Shown one piece after another: positions 50,521-63,840 of a stretch of 64,000 bases of DNA; the first letter of the stretch is position 1; every line of letters begins with the position of its first letter. The translations under genes were made by a program, and so were the position numbers. Location of the stretch: NCBI RefSeq assembly GCF_009914755.1, contig NC_060925.1, one strand, 5' to 3'. The DNA comes from the human T2T-CHM13v2.0 reference genome, Homo sapiens. The notes beneath the pieces are model-generated. The model was not told the DNA's origin. It saw only the letters and a program-made list of their open reading frames with translations, and searched no databases.

Positions 50521-52109
50521 TCATTAACAGGACGTGGACAAGGCCCTGCCCTGGGGCTCAGCGCCTTCTGCCGGCACAGGCATCGTGTGATGGGGCCAGC
50601 CGTGATGGAGTCCTCGTCCAACAGGCAGGGAGGGGGTAGGAATGCCCATAGGTGGGGGTCACTGAGAGCAGGCTGTGCCTTTTTCTGGGAAAAGCTGAGG
50701 AGCCCAGAGCAGTGGCCTCCGGGGATCAGGGCAGTGTGGAAGAGGGGACGCTGGGTTTTCATGCTAAGTCTTTGGTGCTCGTTGACTTTTGAAACGGTGT
50801 CTGTGTCTTCATAGTTCTTTAGAAAAACTGAAAAACAGAAGGCAACGGGTGCCTGCCAGGGCCACAGCTCCCGAGAGCCGGCTCCTGGGGGGCTCTGGAC
50901 TGCCCACACCCCTCAGGCTCTCTGTTAGGCCTGTGGGTGCGGCTGCCTCGCTGGGAGCGGAGGTCACACCCAGCAATGGCTCAGGCTCTGGCTCGCCTGA
51001 CAGGTTCCCGTTTGGGCGCCTTCTGGCAGTGGAGCAGACTTTGATCTCTCCTGGGACAGCTGCTGCCAGCCAGGGCCAGGACACCGTCTCAGAGGACGTG
51101 GTCAGGGACAGTCAGGCCTGGGCAGTCTGGCCCCATTAGGAAGGAGGAAGGCCTCTATGAGAGTCAGAAGGTTGAGACAGTGCAGGCTGGGGTCTCTGTA
51201 TTTGGGGGCTGTGGGGTCTTGGGGACATTTGTTTGGTGGGAGATGGGGCACAGTGATGTTGTGGGCATGTCAACCCACATCAAATGCCCCCCAGGTAAAG
51301 TCATCACATTTAGAATAAAAGGACCGCAGGGCCGTAGACCGCCTACGCTGGCCACCCACTGGAGTGTGCTCTGCTTGGCGTGTAGACAGAAGCCTAAAAG
51401 AAATGGATTTCTCGGCCGGGCCTGGGTAAAACGCAGACACCCTACTGTGAGCGGGTGATCCTGGGATGGTGCAGACCAGCGTCACTCTGGTCAGTGTCAT
51501 GGACACCAGCCCCGGGGGAGGCCTGTTGTGTCTGCCGCTGTCCTTGACCAGTGATTTGGAATGTCCTGAGGAATGTACCCTCCCGGCCAGCGTGGGGGCC
51601 GTCCCTCCCTGGGGCCTGGGAGGCTCAGCCGCACGTGCCTTCCTGGGATGGTTTTAGCAGAGAATTTGTGTCCTGGGAGAGTTTGGTGGCTCCCGGGGCT
51701 GAGCAGGGACAGAGGGGTGTCCCAGGTGCCCTGTGGACACTCCAAAGGTGCTAATCCAGGTCAGTTGTGTGGCTGACTGTAGGCAACCTCCCTGCAGGAA
51801 GTGACTTTGGGCGAGTGACTCAGCCTTGTTTTCCCATCAGAAAAATCAGTTTCCACCCGCAAGAGACTCCGGTCATTTTCATGTGTGTGACGTTCTGGGT
51901 GTATAGGAGGCATACTGAGTGGTGGTGGTTATTGTTTTTATCTTTATTTTTTAAAAGGGAAAGAATGAAAGCAGCGAGTTTTCTCCATGTCGTTACCTTT
52001 TGAACCTACGAAGCTCCCTGAGCATAGGGAGCATGAGCTTGTCTGTGATTCGGCAAGGCCTTGGTCACTGCGGCGCAGACGCAGGCCTCACACCGGCCAG
52101 GCCTGTTAC

Positions 52110-52250
52110 ACGCTTTGCACGCTTTACACTTCCCACCGTACCTTCAGGAGGTGGGCCTTGCTCTTATCATGCCCATTTTGCAGATTTTGAAACTGAGGCA
52201 CGGAGAGGCAGCGTCACTTGCTCATTGACCACATGCCTGGGTCAGGGCTG
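52110..52250 (-). mobile_element. MIR fragment
   Basis: atgcccattttgcagattttgaaactgaggcacggagagg. Confidence 0.6.
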
Positions 52251-53850
52251 CTCCCTGACACGTGTGGGGAGCCCCTGAGCAGCAGAGGGGAAAGCTGGGA
52301 GGCCTGAGAGACCAGACCCTCGGAATCCATTGCTCAGTGGCCTGAGGGTTGCAAGTGCCCAGGGGGGTTGCAAGCAGCCCGGGGCGTGAAAGCTCACTGT
52401 GGGCCTGACCGCTGTGGCCGAGCAATGCGCCGTCACTCAGGAGGTGATGTGTAGCCACAACAGCCCCGCAAAGTGCCTGGAAACAGACCTCTGGGCCCGG
52501 CTCCTGGAGGCCGTGTCGGCTGGGGGCTCTGCACATCTCGGTCACACGGGGTCCAGGCCATTGAGGCTCTGCCTGGCCACGCGTGCCTATAGTCATGGCA
52601 GCCAGGGAAGACGCAGAGGCAGGTCGAGAGCTGGCTCTCCACATTCCTACCTGGCAGGCACGTATGTCCCAAAGCCAGTCTCAGGACTGTGCCATTCCCA
52701 AGGGGCAGAAGGGCAGCCCTGCCTCGGGTCTGGAAGGAGGAAAGTGAGAAATGGGAAGCAGTAGTGTCAGGGGCAGGGTGCCAGCCCCGGACCATGAAGG
52801 GAACAGTGGGGTAGAGATGGGCTCGGGGGCACGCGCTGCCAGGAGGGGCGGGCAGGAGTGTGGCGGGGGCGGGGCAGCCCACGGGGTGTGGGGATCGGGC
52901 TACAGAGATGTCTACAGGGCAGCTCCCGCTCTCTGCTGGGGGGTGTACGTGGGACTGTGGGCTGCCACCCCTGCCACCACCACACCTGCCCAGTGGCCAG
53001 GTGTCATACTGGACTCTCGGGCTGGTGACTGGTGGGGCTCCTGAGACCAGAATTGTCAGCTTTATGCCCAGTTCAGAAACGTGGAAAAATGCAAGCGTGT
53101 TGCCTGGTGTGTGGAAAGGTTCCATGGACAGTCCGCGACAGTCATATCACTGTGTGGCTAAGAGAGGGGAATCACACAGGCCTGGGCTCGGGCCGGGAGC
53201 ATGTGGGCAAATGCACCTGCCCTCCCCCCAACCCAGCAGAGCCTGGCTCAGGTGCCTGGAAGACCCCAATGAGGCAGAGGCTGTGGTCACTGCCGCTGTG
53301 GCTGATGCCGGCCTCAGGAAGCCCCCCAGTGCAACGCCATGACCCTTGCGTTCACCACGAGGAAGTGGTTCCAGGAGGCTGCATGGCTGCCAGGTGTGAG
53401 CCAGGATTCCAGGCCAGGTCTTCAGGGCTCCAGGGCCATGCACCTGAGCTGCCCCACCTGCCTCCAGGCTCAGGAATGTGTCCTCAGTGCGTGCTGCCCA
53501 TCAGAGGAAGCAGTGTGGCCTCCCAACCTCCAAGGTCCAGCCTACCCCCATAGGCTGTGCCCACCTGGTCCCTTGGAGCTCGGAGAACCAGCGCCTGCCC
53601 AGTCCCATCCTGTGTCCAGCCTCCGGCCTCAGACATGGCTGGCTCCCAGTGGTCAGGACTGGCTGTGCCACTGATCCACTGTGCTCCTGGCTGCGTCGCT
53701 GTCCTTGCCTGCTGTGTCCTGGGAGCTGTACTGGAGCCCCGGCCAGACATATGCAAAGGGGTAGGGGGGTGGACACCCGCGGGGGCAGGGGAGAGCAGCC
53801 TCACGAGACCTCACTTCTGCCCTTCCCCCAGGACCCCACAGCCGCCCAGC

Positions 53851-54438
53851 ATGGCCCAGCGGCACTCAGACAGCTCCTTGGAGGAGAAGCTCCTGGGACA
53901 CCGCTTCCACTCGGAGCTCCGGCTCGATGCCGGGGGGAACCCAGCCTCCGGGCTCCCAATGGTCCGTGGCTCCCCGCGTGTTAGAGACGATGCCGCCTTC
54001 CAGCCCCAGGTCCCGGCACCCCCACAGCCTCGGCCCCCGGGGCACGAGGAGCCATGGCCCATCGTCCTGAGCACAGAGAGCCCGGCGGCCCTCAAGCTGG
54101 GCACCCAACAGCTGATCCCTAAGAGCCTGGCTGTGGCCAGCAAGGCAAAGACCCCAGCCCGCCACCAGAGCTTCGGGGCGGCTGTACTTAGCAGGGAGGC
54201 CGCCCGGCGGGACCCTAAGCTCCTCCCAGCCCCCAGCTTCTCCCTGGATGACATGGACGTGGACAAGGACCCCGGGGGCATGCTGAGGCGGAACCTGCGG
54301 AACCAATCCTACCGGGCGGCCATGAAGGGCCTGGGGAAGCCAGGTGGCCAGGGAGATGCCATCCAGCTAAGCCCTAAGCTCCAGGCTCTGGCTGAGGAAC
54401 CCAGCCAGCCTCATACTCGGAGCCCGGCCAAAAACAAG
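53851..54438 (+). CDS. ARHGEF16: ARHGEF16 (Ephexin-4, RhoG GEF) exon 2 coding part; exon starts 53832
   Basis: ccccag|GACC acceptor, ATG 53851, AAG|gtaggg donor; [25 protein letters not shown]...[14 protein letters not shown]...PAKNK (196 aa). Confidence 0.96.
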
Positions 54439-56910
54439 GTAGGGGCCTGCTCGTGTGGACCGTGGGGAGGGGGCTGCTAGGCAGAGGGGCGGCCTGGCCG
54501 TCTCCACCACCGTCATCTTCTGCATCATGGCAGCTGCCGTTAGTAAGCACCTGCTGCATGAGGGCTCTCGACTGGTTTATTCCAGTTCAGCCCAGTCTGT
54601 GAGTGTGAAGATCCCACCTTACAGATGAGGCAGCAGAGGCTCGGAAAGGTCGAGGGTTCTACCGAGGCCCCCAGACTCTGGTGTCCCCGCTCCCAGCCTT
54701 GGTGGAGGGCAGATCCCTGGAAGGGCCCAGTCCCTGTTTCCGAGCTCTGGACAGGAGCCGGCCTGCCTGGATGATAGGGTTCAGGGTGACCTGGCTGCAG
54801 TGACTGGCCTGGGCTCCATCTGCCCCGGCAGCTCCAGACAGGGACTCAGGCGGGAGGGACTGAAGCGGGGCAGCTGTGCGGTGGCCTGGGGCTTAGGAGA
54901 AGTCTGCACATTCCCTCTACACAGAGCCCTGCTTCCCTGCCTGCTGGTGGTGGCTCTAGGTCTGGGGCATGGTGGCGGCAGACCCTTTGCTGGGCAGGGT
55001 GTAGCCTGACTGCATGTGTCACTAGGGCCCAGGGGACAGAGCGTCCAGCTGGGGCTCCTGGGCCCAGTGTCCCTCATCCTCGGAGTCACCATCCCCTGCG
55101 GCTGGGGGCCAGGCCTTCATTTCAGGCAGCCCTGGAGCTGGAAGCCACGTTCAGGGAGAGTTGCGTGGTACCTGGACACCCACCCAGCCAGGACTGCGAC
55201 TCTGGCCACCCTGCTTGGTCTCTTTAGCTGGTGGGTCTGGGCTCAGGCAGGGCTGGGGTAGGGGAGGCGAGCTGCCCTGGAACCGCCCATCAGGAGGCCC
55301 TGGCAGCCCGAGCACCCTCAAGAATGCAGAGCAGATGCAGGGCTGGCCCCAGGGGCGTCCTTCTTGTTGGGCGCCTTGCTCAGACGTGTTGGAAAACAGG
55401 CCCCAAGCATATGGGCTGCCTCAGTGAAGGACGAGGGCGGGGGCAGGTGCTGTGTGACCCAGATGAGTTCCTGAACCTTCCTGAGCCTTGGCTTCCCCAT
55501 GTGGAAGCAAAGATCACAGCCGCCCTCTGGGCATCCTCTGGGCAGTGTCCACGGAAGGTGTGTGCCAGAGCGTCTTCTTCACTGGTTGCCGTCCCAGCTG
55601 CCTCCTCAGGCCCAGCTCCTGCCCAGACTGGGAGTGGCAGTGCCAGCCTCAGGAGACGCCAAGACCACCTGTCAGAATGTCCCATGGGCGTCCACTGCAG
55701 GCCGATGGTGGCTGAGGTGGGGTCCCCCATGTCCCCAGCACCAGCCACTGTCCTCGGTCACAGCTCTCTCTTGTGCCTACCTGAGACGCCCAGGACTCAG
55801 AAATGCCTCAGCACCTCTGCCGCAGGCCCCTGCACCCCAGCAGCTGGAAGGGCCCCAGCACTCTCTACACCCACCAGGCCCAGGCCCATGGGGCTCCGTT
55901 CATTCATTCACTGTTTATTTCATGCAGTCAGCAGACACTTCTGGGCACCTGCCACATGCTTGGTGCTGGGGTTCCAAAGTGAGCCCACGGGCATGGGCCT
56001 GGTTCTCAGAGGGCCTCCAGCGCAGGGAGAATGCCGAGGGCTGGGCTGAGGGCAGCTCGGGGGTGCTGGGAGCACAGAGGAGGGGGCTCCCCATGGCCTC
56101 GGGTCAGGGTAGGGTCCCGGAGGAAGGAGGGTTAGCGCAGAGGCAGACAGGAGGAGAGGACGGAGTCGGGGTGGGGGAGGCAACAGCTCCAGCCAGACCT
56201 GGAGGCCGAAGGGGGGCTGGGGGAGTCCTTGAGGTGGGGTGCGGGGCACGGGGCTGAGGGTGCCAGGCCAGGTACAGCTGGGAGCACCACACACTCCCAA
56301 CCAGTAAGGGGAGTTTACAGGCCCCAACTCGTTCCGAGAAATCAGCCCCTTTCCTTCCGGAACCAGCATACCTGTGGCTTCAGGAAAGTGTGGTGTCCCA
56401 GCCGAGGAGGGTGGGCTCCGAGTCGGGCACCTGAGCGTGGGGGCTTCCCAGGAGCCCAGCCCTCCCCTCACTTCTGCCATCCCGGCCTCCTGCTGGGGCC
56501 CCCAGACCCATGCTTGGGGCTGGACACTGGCCAATCCTTGCTCGTCTGTCCCACCAGGTCCTAGTCCCCAGGGGCCTGTGTCCTGCCCCACTGTCCCTTC
56601 ACAGCCCTCTCCCAACCTCACCTGCCCTGCCACGGGCCTGCTCGAAACTCTTCTGAGCGTCCCCTCACGATGAGTTCAACCCTTCCTCCTCCTCCAAGCA
56701 GCCCTCAGTCACGTGTCCTGCCTGCTCTGAGCCCTCCTCCCACCTCTCTTGGCCTCTGCTTGGCGGCCGTGAGGCCCTGTGGAGCTGACATCTATTGGGC
56801 ACAGCTTCGCATGTGGAGCCGAGAGGTCTCTGGGGTCCCAGGGCAGAATCGCCGTGGGCAACACCTGCCCCGGCTGACAGCTGCGGTTTCTGTGTCTCTC
56901 TTTTGTGCAG

Positions 56911-56956
56911 AAGACGCTGGGGAGGAAACGTGGGCACAAGGGTTCCTTCAAGGACG
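56911..56956 (+). CDS. ARHGEF16: ARHGEF16 exon 3
   Basis: ttttgtgcag|AAG acceptor, G|gtgagt donor; KTLGRKRGHKGSFKD. Confidence 0.93.
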
Positions 56957-57930
56957 GTGAGTGTGGCTTCGGGAGGCACCGCGGGCTGGGCTCCAGTTGA
57001 AACTGGTCTCACTGGGGCACCCTGGGGTTCGGGTGGGCCTCAGTTTGGTGTCTCGGGGTCACCAAAGCTGCTTGACAGGGTCCTTCCAGAGGCTGAGGTC
57101 CCAGTGGCTGGTCTGTTCATGTAGCCCTGATGAGTCTAGAAAGGTCTAGAAAGTTCCCTTGGACTCTATTCTGTGTGTTCTGAAGGGCAGGGTACAGACA
57201 GAGCCCCCAGTCTTGCCCTGAACACCCCATGTGTGTGCTGGGCCCAGCCTACAGTGGCCGTGTTGGGGGACCAAGGCCAGATCAGAGGGCACCGGCCCCA
57301 CACCGCGGGCTCTGCCCGGACTCTTCGAGGCTGAAGGGGAGCCATGTGTTGGGGCCTCCAGCATGGGTGGCGGTGGTGCACACTCAGCCTGCTCGGGGGA
57401 GATGAGAACATCCCACAGGGAGGTTGACATAGGGAGGTGCCTGCTACCTGGGTCCAAATGCCCGGGGGTGTAAAGAGATTAGAGGCAATGAAGCCCGGGG
57501 AGGGCTAAGGCCTCGAGTGCCCAGCTCCAGGCCTGAGGCTCCAAGACACAATGGCCCCTTCCAGCCCCCAGAAGCTTTGTGGACAGGCATGGGCCCAGGA
57601 GGGGGTACCCAGGTCTCCTCTACGGAAATCCCTGGGAAGTGTCCCCAGGAGGCAGCAGCGATGCCCCACGTCTCAGGGTAAGGCTGGTTGGGGGCTGCTG
57701 TGAGGGTTTGGAGGCACCCTGAGCCGGGACCAGCCCATTTCAGGTGGGACTTGTGGCATAGGAGAGGTCTTGGGACTGGTGCCCAGCCTGGTGCAGTCCC
57801 CTCCCAAAGCCTCCCTCTCCCACACAGCCGTGAGAGCCTGTGGGCCTAGAGGACTCAGCTGGCAGGTTGCAGGGAGGCGCAGCCTTTTGCAATCCCCCAG
57901 GGCCACAGGTTACCCTCCTTCTCTCTCTAG

Positions 57931-58100
57931 ACCCCCAGCTCTACCAGGAGATCCAGGAGCGGGGCCTGAACACCAGCCAGGAGTCTGATGACGACATCCT
58001 CGATGAGTCCTCCAGCCCCGAGGGAACCCAGAAGGTGGACGCCACCATTGTGGTCAAGAGCTACCGGCCCGCCCAGGTCACCTGGAGCCAGCTCCCGGAG
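57931..58100 (+). CDS. ARHGEF16: ARHGEF16 exon 4
   Basis: ctctag|AC acceptor, GAG|gtagcg donor; [12 protein letters not shown]... (Ephexin-family LYQE regulatory Tyr motif) ...TWSQLPE. Confidence 0.95.
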
Positions 58101-59642
58101 GTAGCGCCGGAGGGTGGGTGAGGCTGCCCCACAGAGGCAGGGAGAAGCCACAGTCCCCCTGCTGTTCCTTCCCCAAGCCCAGGCGGCTGGTCCCCAGCAG
58201 CAGCCCAGTCCTCCCAGGGAGGGTGGGCAGCCTTCCCAGAAGCCCCTCGGCTGTGGGTGGCAGACCTGGGGGTCTCCCTCCTGTGCCCTCAGAGTCACCC
58301 TGCCCATGCAGGGCCCTGCCGTCGTGCGTGCGAGGGCCAGCCCTGCTCAGACTACCCTTCAGGGAGCTGCGGGCGCCAGGAGTCCCTTCCCAGGGCCCCC
58401 GCCCCAGGAGAGGGCTGAATGATCTGCGTGGGGAGACAGCTGGGATGGGAGGGGCCGGGACTTGGAGCTGGGGCCAGGGCCAAGACACTCCTTCACTTTC
58501 CATATCTGAAATTGGGGGCCCGTCCCTGCCCTGCAGGGGTCTCAGTGGAGAGCGTGGCCCGGCATTGGTCCCCATGCTTGGGGGAGATGGCTGCTCCTAC
58601 CCCAGGTGGACCGGCATGTGACCCGCACCCTGAGGCCCAAGGGAGGGGACCATGTGGCCGTGGGCGTGGCGGGCAGCGGGGAGGGCGGGCCCCCACCTGT
58701 GGTACAATGGGGCTCCTTGTTCGCCATTCAGAGGGGCTGGCACTGCAACCACCCACCACACACCATGGTGCTGCGTACCCTGGGACCCCGGCCAGGGCAG
58801 GCCCGGCGTGGGGTGAGGGCAGGCAGCGGGCAGCCTCCCCACAGATAGAAAGGCCTAGAAGTGCAGTCTTACTCTCCTGCTGGGAGCTGGGGGCGTGTGG
58901 TCTCCCTCTGTCGGGGATGGAGTCCAGTACCGCACCCTGGTAACTGCCAGAGTTTCCGACCCTGCATGGGAAGGAGGCACTGGTTTGGGGAATGGGGGAC
59001 TCACCCTTGGCCCAGGCGCTGTTGGCGGCCTTTCTGCCCAGCCCAGTGAGGAGCAGAGCACGAATCAGGGTGGCCTGAGTCCTGCAGAGGGGACCCCTGG
59101 GCGGTGTGGCAGCCCTCCTGGTCCTGACGTGCTCTACCAATCGAGCCACACTCCCGCCAAGGCGACCCGCCAGCTGTGGGCCCCGAGGAGGAGGGAGCCC
59201 GGGCGGAAACAGCGTCACCCATAGCTTCCAGGCAGGGCACTGACTCGCCTCGCCCAGGTGGGGTCTGAGTCACAGTCCTGCCCTCCACACTCCCTCCCTG
59301 GGTGGGCTCCGCACCTCTCCATCTGCCAGGAAGATCTTTGGGACAAGATCCCCCCCCGCCCTCTGGCCTCTCCCTCTGGATGCCCCATGCTCTTTCTGGG
59401 CTGCTTTGGGGCTCTGGCGGCTGGGGGGAGCGGGGGGCTGACCCAAGGCGGGTTGCACAGAGAGGAAGGTGACGGGGATAGGCCCTCGGCAGGACAGGCC
59501 TACTCCAGGATCGGACCTACCTGAGCCCCGTGGGGTGGCTGTCCATGTTGGCCCTGGTCCATCAGGAGGAGGAAAGAAGGGAGACTTTGGCCCAGGCTTC
59601 TAGGACGTGTGACCGAGAGCTCCTGGGCCTGTGTCCCCCCAG

Positions 59643-59699
59643 GTGGTGGAATTGGGCATCCTGGACCAGCTCTCCACTGAGGAGCGGAAAAGGCAGGAG
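59643..59699 (+). CDS. ARHGEF16: ARHGEF16 exon 5
   Basis: ccccag|GTG acceptor, GAG|gtaaaa donor; VVELGILDQLSTEERKRQE. Confidence 0.95.
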
Positions 59700-60195
59700 G
59701 TAAAAGGGCCCTGGGCGGGAGGGCTGTCCCCCATGGCCTGGGCCATGCAACACCCGGGGAGGGGCAGCAGCCACGGTGGCACCACCCAGCCATCCCTCTG
59801 CGGCCACCTCCAGTGCCAGGCCCTGTCACGCTGACCAGCGCCTCACACAGCCCCGGGCTGTGCTTCCACCTGCGCCAGGCCCTGACGGAGCCCCTTCACG
59901 TCACCGGGTGAATCCTCGGAGTCCAGGGGCTGCCATCACCCCCTTCTCTGACAAGGACGGGGGTCGTTGCCCAGCTTCAGCCGGCTCATAAGGCACCCAG
60001 CCAGGGGCATCCAGGGACGTCGGGCTGGCATCTCCAAGCTGGCCATTCTGACAGCCCCATCCAGGGGTGTGTCTGGGGTTCCTGTCCCCACCTGCCCCTG
60101 CCACCCGGGTCACGTCCTCCTGTTCCAAGCATTGGTCACCGAGGCACGCCCGTGTCCAGCGTCACTGTGGGGCTCACCTAGGCCCCTCTCCACAG

Positions 60196-60356
60196 GCCAT
60201 GTTCGAGATCCTCACGTCGGAGTTCTCCTACCAGCACAGCCTGAGCATCCTGGTGGAGGAGTTCCTGCAGTCCAAGGAGCTGCGGGCGACCGTGACCCAG
60301 ATGGAGCACCACCACCTCTTCTCCAACATCCTGGATGTCCTGGGTGCCAGTCAGAG
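60196..60356 (+). CDS. ARHGEF16: ARHGEF16 exon 6 (start of DH domain)
   Basis: ccacag|GCC acceptor, AG|gtgagg donor; [23 protein letters not shown]...LFSNILDV typical DH-domain start. Confidence 0.97.
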
Positions 60357-60839
60357 GTGAGGCCACGCCACAGCCTTCCACACAGGGTCCTCTGCCAGGA
60401 AGGTGCCTCCCCCCGTGGGCACCGCACTGTCATCAGCAGGCCCCTGGGAGCCTGCGCTGCACCTTGATGTGGATGGTTTAGAGCAGCTGCTGGCTCCCGC
60501 GGAGTGTGATGACCTCTGAGGGTCCTTGAGGCCACCAAGAGCTGGCCCCAGGGCCGGGCTAAGCACTGGGGCTGTGGCATCCTGGTCGTTCTTAAGACGT
60601 GGAGCACTTCCCAGGGGTACAACCCTGCCCCACTGCCAAGCACCACCCCACCAGGACGTCCAGGCACAGAGGGCTGCATGATCCAGGCAGTGGTGGCCAC
60701 AAGCTGCTCACCTGTAGGCAGGAAGCCTCGAGTTGCAGCTCTGGGTCATGTTCCACCCAAAGGTGTCTGGTGGCTGGACCTGAGCTCTGGTTGCAGGGCC
60801 TGGAGGTAGAGAGGCTGGACATGCAGCTGCAGCCATGCA

Positions 60840-61925
60840 CGGGGGTATGTGCGTGGGGTGGGGTGGGGTGTGTGTGCGTGGGTGTGTGTGTGGGGTGGGG
60901 TGTCTGTGCATGGCTGTGTGTGCATGGTCAGTGGTGTGTGTGAGTGGGCTGGCCCCGAGGCCTGGAGGGTGGCTCGGGAGCATCCAGCACCCTGGTGTGT
61001 ATGCATGGGTGTGTGGGGGCAGGGGTGTGTATGCATGGGCAAGGGTGTGTATGCATGGGCAGGGGTGTCTGCACGGGTGTGTCTGCACGGGTGTGTGTGG
61101 ACAGGGTTGTGTGTGCGTGGGCAGGTATGTGTGTGTGTAGGTGTGCATGGGTTTGTGTGCCTGGGCAGCAGTGTGTGTGCATGGGTGTGGGGCAGGGGTG
61201 TGTATGCATGGTTGTGTGTGCGCGGGTGTGTGCATGGATGTGTGTGCATGGACGGGTGTGTGCACAGGCAGGGATGTGTGTGCGTGGGCAGGGGTGTGTA
61301 TGCGTGGTCAGGGTTATGTGTGAGTGGGTAGGGGTGTGTGTGAGTGGCTGTGTTTTCGGTCAGGTGTGTGTGAGTGGGTGTGTGTGCGTGGGCAGGGATG
61401 TCTGTGTATCTGCGTGGTCAGGGATGTATGTGAGTAGGTGTGTGTGCGTGGGCAAGGGTGTCTGTGCATGGCTGTGTGTGCGTGGTCAGGGGTGTGTGTG
61501 AGTGGGCTGGCCCCAAGGCCCGGAGGGTGGCTCGGGAGCATCCGGCACCCTGGTGTGTATGCATGGGTGTATGTGCATGGATGTGTGTGTGGGCAGGGGT
61601 GTGTGTGCGTGGACAGGTGTGTGTGCGTGGGCAGGGGTGTATGTGCGTGGGTGTGTGTGCCTGGCCAGGGGTATGTGTGTGGGCAGGGGTGTGTGTGCAT
61701 GGGCAGGGGTGTGCGTGGGTGTGTGTGCCTGGCCAGGGGTGTGTGTGCGTGGGCAGGGGTGTGCGTGGGTGTGTGTACCTGGCCAGGGGTGTGTGTGCGT
61801 GGGCAGGGATGTGTGTGTGCATGGACAGGTATGTGTGCATGGGCAGGGGTGTGTGTGCGTGGGTGTGTGTGCCTGGGCAGGGGTGTGTGTGCGTGGGTGT
61901 GTGTGCCTGGGCAGGGGTATGTGTG
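60840..61925. repeat. TG/G-rich minisatellite (gtgtgtgcgtgggcagggg-like units), ARHGEF16 intron 6
   Basis: ~1.1 kb of degenerate units with an internal higher-order duplication. Confidence 0.93.
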
Positions 61926-63840
61926 GTCTCGACCCTGTGCTGCTCCCTATATGCAGGAGGACCCCGGAGCATCGAGTCTCCTGAGCCTCAGCCTCAATGC
62001 TAACCTGAGGGGCGGTGCCTCTGGTCCCCTCGTGGGCTTGGGTGGCGCTGGGAGATGATTAGGGGCCTGTAGTGCCTGGCACAGGGCTGCCCCAACAGTG
62101 GTGGTTGCTGGCGCATTCTTATATCAGCCCCGCCCCTGGCGAGTCCCACCCATCTGCTGCCTGTGGGGTGCCCTTGCGGAACTTTGGGGCCCTGAGGGTG
62201 GGCAGGGAGCCGCCTTGTCCCTGGAGACAGGGGCTTCCTGTAGAGCTCCAGGGACCAGCTATGGGAAACTCCCAACCTCTGACTCAGCATGGGATGGGGC
62301 TGGGGGAGGGGGAGGGGTCTGGGATAGCGGCTGCCCCTCCCCCAGCTCTGCCCCCAGCCAGGCAGGCTTTGTGTTCTCTGAGCTCTGTGTCCTCCGGTCC
62401 CCTCTGCCTCAGGCAGCTGCATGTTTGCCTCTGACCTCCTCAGGGCTTTAGATTGCTGCCCTGGGGCGGGAAGCTCCGGCCTCCTCCCCCAGCTGGGCCC
62501 CCGACAGCTCCTGGCATTCACAGTGAACTGTCTGGGGAATCATCGCTATTTGGGGTAAGCGGCTGGTGGGCGGCTCTCCCAGACCTTTCTCAGAACCTGC
62601 AGTCACCCATATGAGCTGCTGACCGGCCTGGCCGGCCTGGGCACGTACGCATGTCGTGGCCCTGCTCATCCAGCAACCGAGGCCTCCCATGACCTGCTGG
62701 GTCCTCGTCCACGGGGACTGCAGCTCCATCTGCTGGGGATTCTCAAGGGCAAGCAGCTGTCAGGACACTCTCCCTGCAGGAAGCGTGGCTCCTGCGTGGG
62801 TGGCAGGCCCAGTCGGGCCCCGTGAGCAGAGGAGGAGGGACTCCCGCCCACCTCCACGCTGGGTAAGGGAGTCCTCCGAAGGACAGAGCTCTTGGGCTGG
62901 GAGGACCTCCTGTGGCGGCGGCCTGGAGACACGGATGTGGTCTCGGGTTGGGTGCTCTGAGGGTCTGCAGGATGGACGAGGCTCCAGCCACCGCCTCACA
63001 CAGCAGGTGACCATCGTGGGTCCAGCCAAGCCCAGCCTTGGTGGCCGTGGCCGCCCATGGGGGCAGAATCCTGGCAGCCCTGGCCTAGCTCTGACCAAGT
63101 GTTAACTCCCTTCATCCTGATCACCCTGGACCAAGGCCTGGGTCATGGGGAGGTGAGGGGCTGGTAGCCCCTTCCAGGGAGTCTGCCAAGAGCCCACAGC
63201 TGGCCCCCCCCCGGCCTTGACTGTTCCCTCAGAACGGGGTGGGGGACCTAGTGAAAGTAAACAGTTCATGAACCCAGCTGGGAGCTTGACCAGCAGAGCT
63301 GCCTCGGATTTGGGACTCATCCTTGGAAGGGGTGGCCCCAGGCATCGCCCCTCTTTGCTCTTGTGCCTGTCCCCTGAGTCTCCGTCCTTGAGTTTCTTCC
63401 CAGGGGCAAGCTGGTGCGGCAGCGGGGGCCCGGGCCTGTGTGGAGGCCCAGTCGTTTTAGCTGGAAGGAGCCTGAAGGGCGAAGGGCACCAACTGGACAG
63501 GGCACCAGGACAGGAGGTCTAAATGGGCCCGCCTTTGGGGACAGTCCCTGGGGCTGCCCCTGGACAACAGAGGGACGGCACCAGTGCGTGGGATCGTGGC
63601 AGGGGGCTCTGTAAGGAGCCCCAGGCCTCTGACCACTTCCCACCCGCCCTCCCTGCTGTCCAGCATCCCAGGTCCGGGTCCCGCCCCAAGTGCTTGCTGT
63701 GTGCTGCCTCTGGGAGCTGAGCTCAGCTCCTGCCACGTCCATGTATGTGTGAGTGTGCATGCAGATGCATGTCTGTGTGTGCACACGTGGGGCCCGACCA
63801 CCAGGCCCGTGGCACCCTCCTCACCCCTCCTTGCCTTCAG

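Noticed and set aside
53557-53850. N-terminal extension of ARHGEF16 in ORF 53557-54480
   Set aside because: Sequence upstream of 53832 is intron 1 (pyrimidine tract and AG acceptor present)
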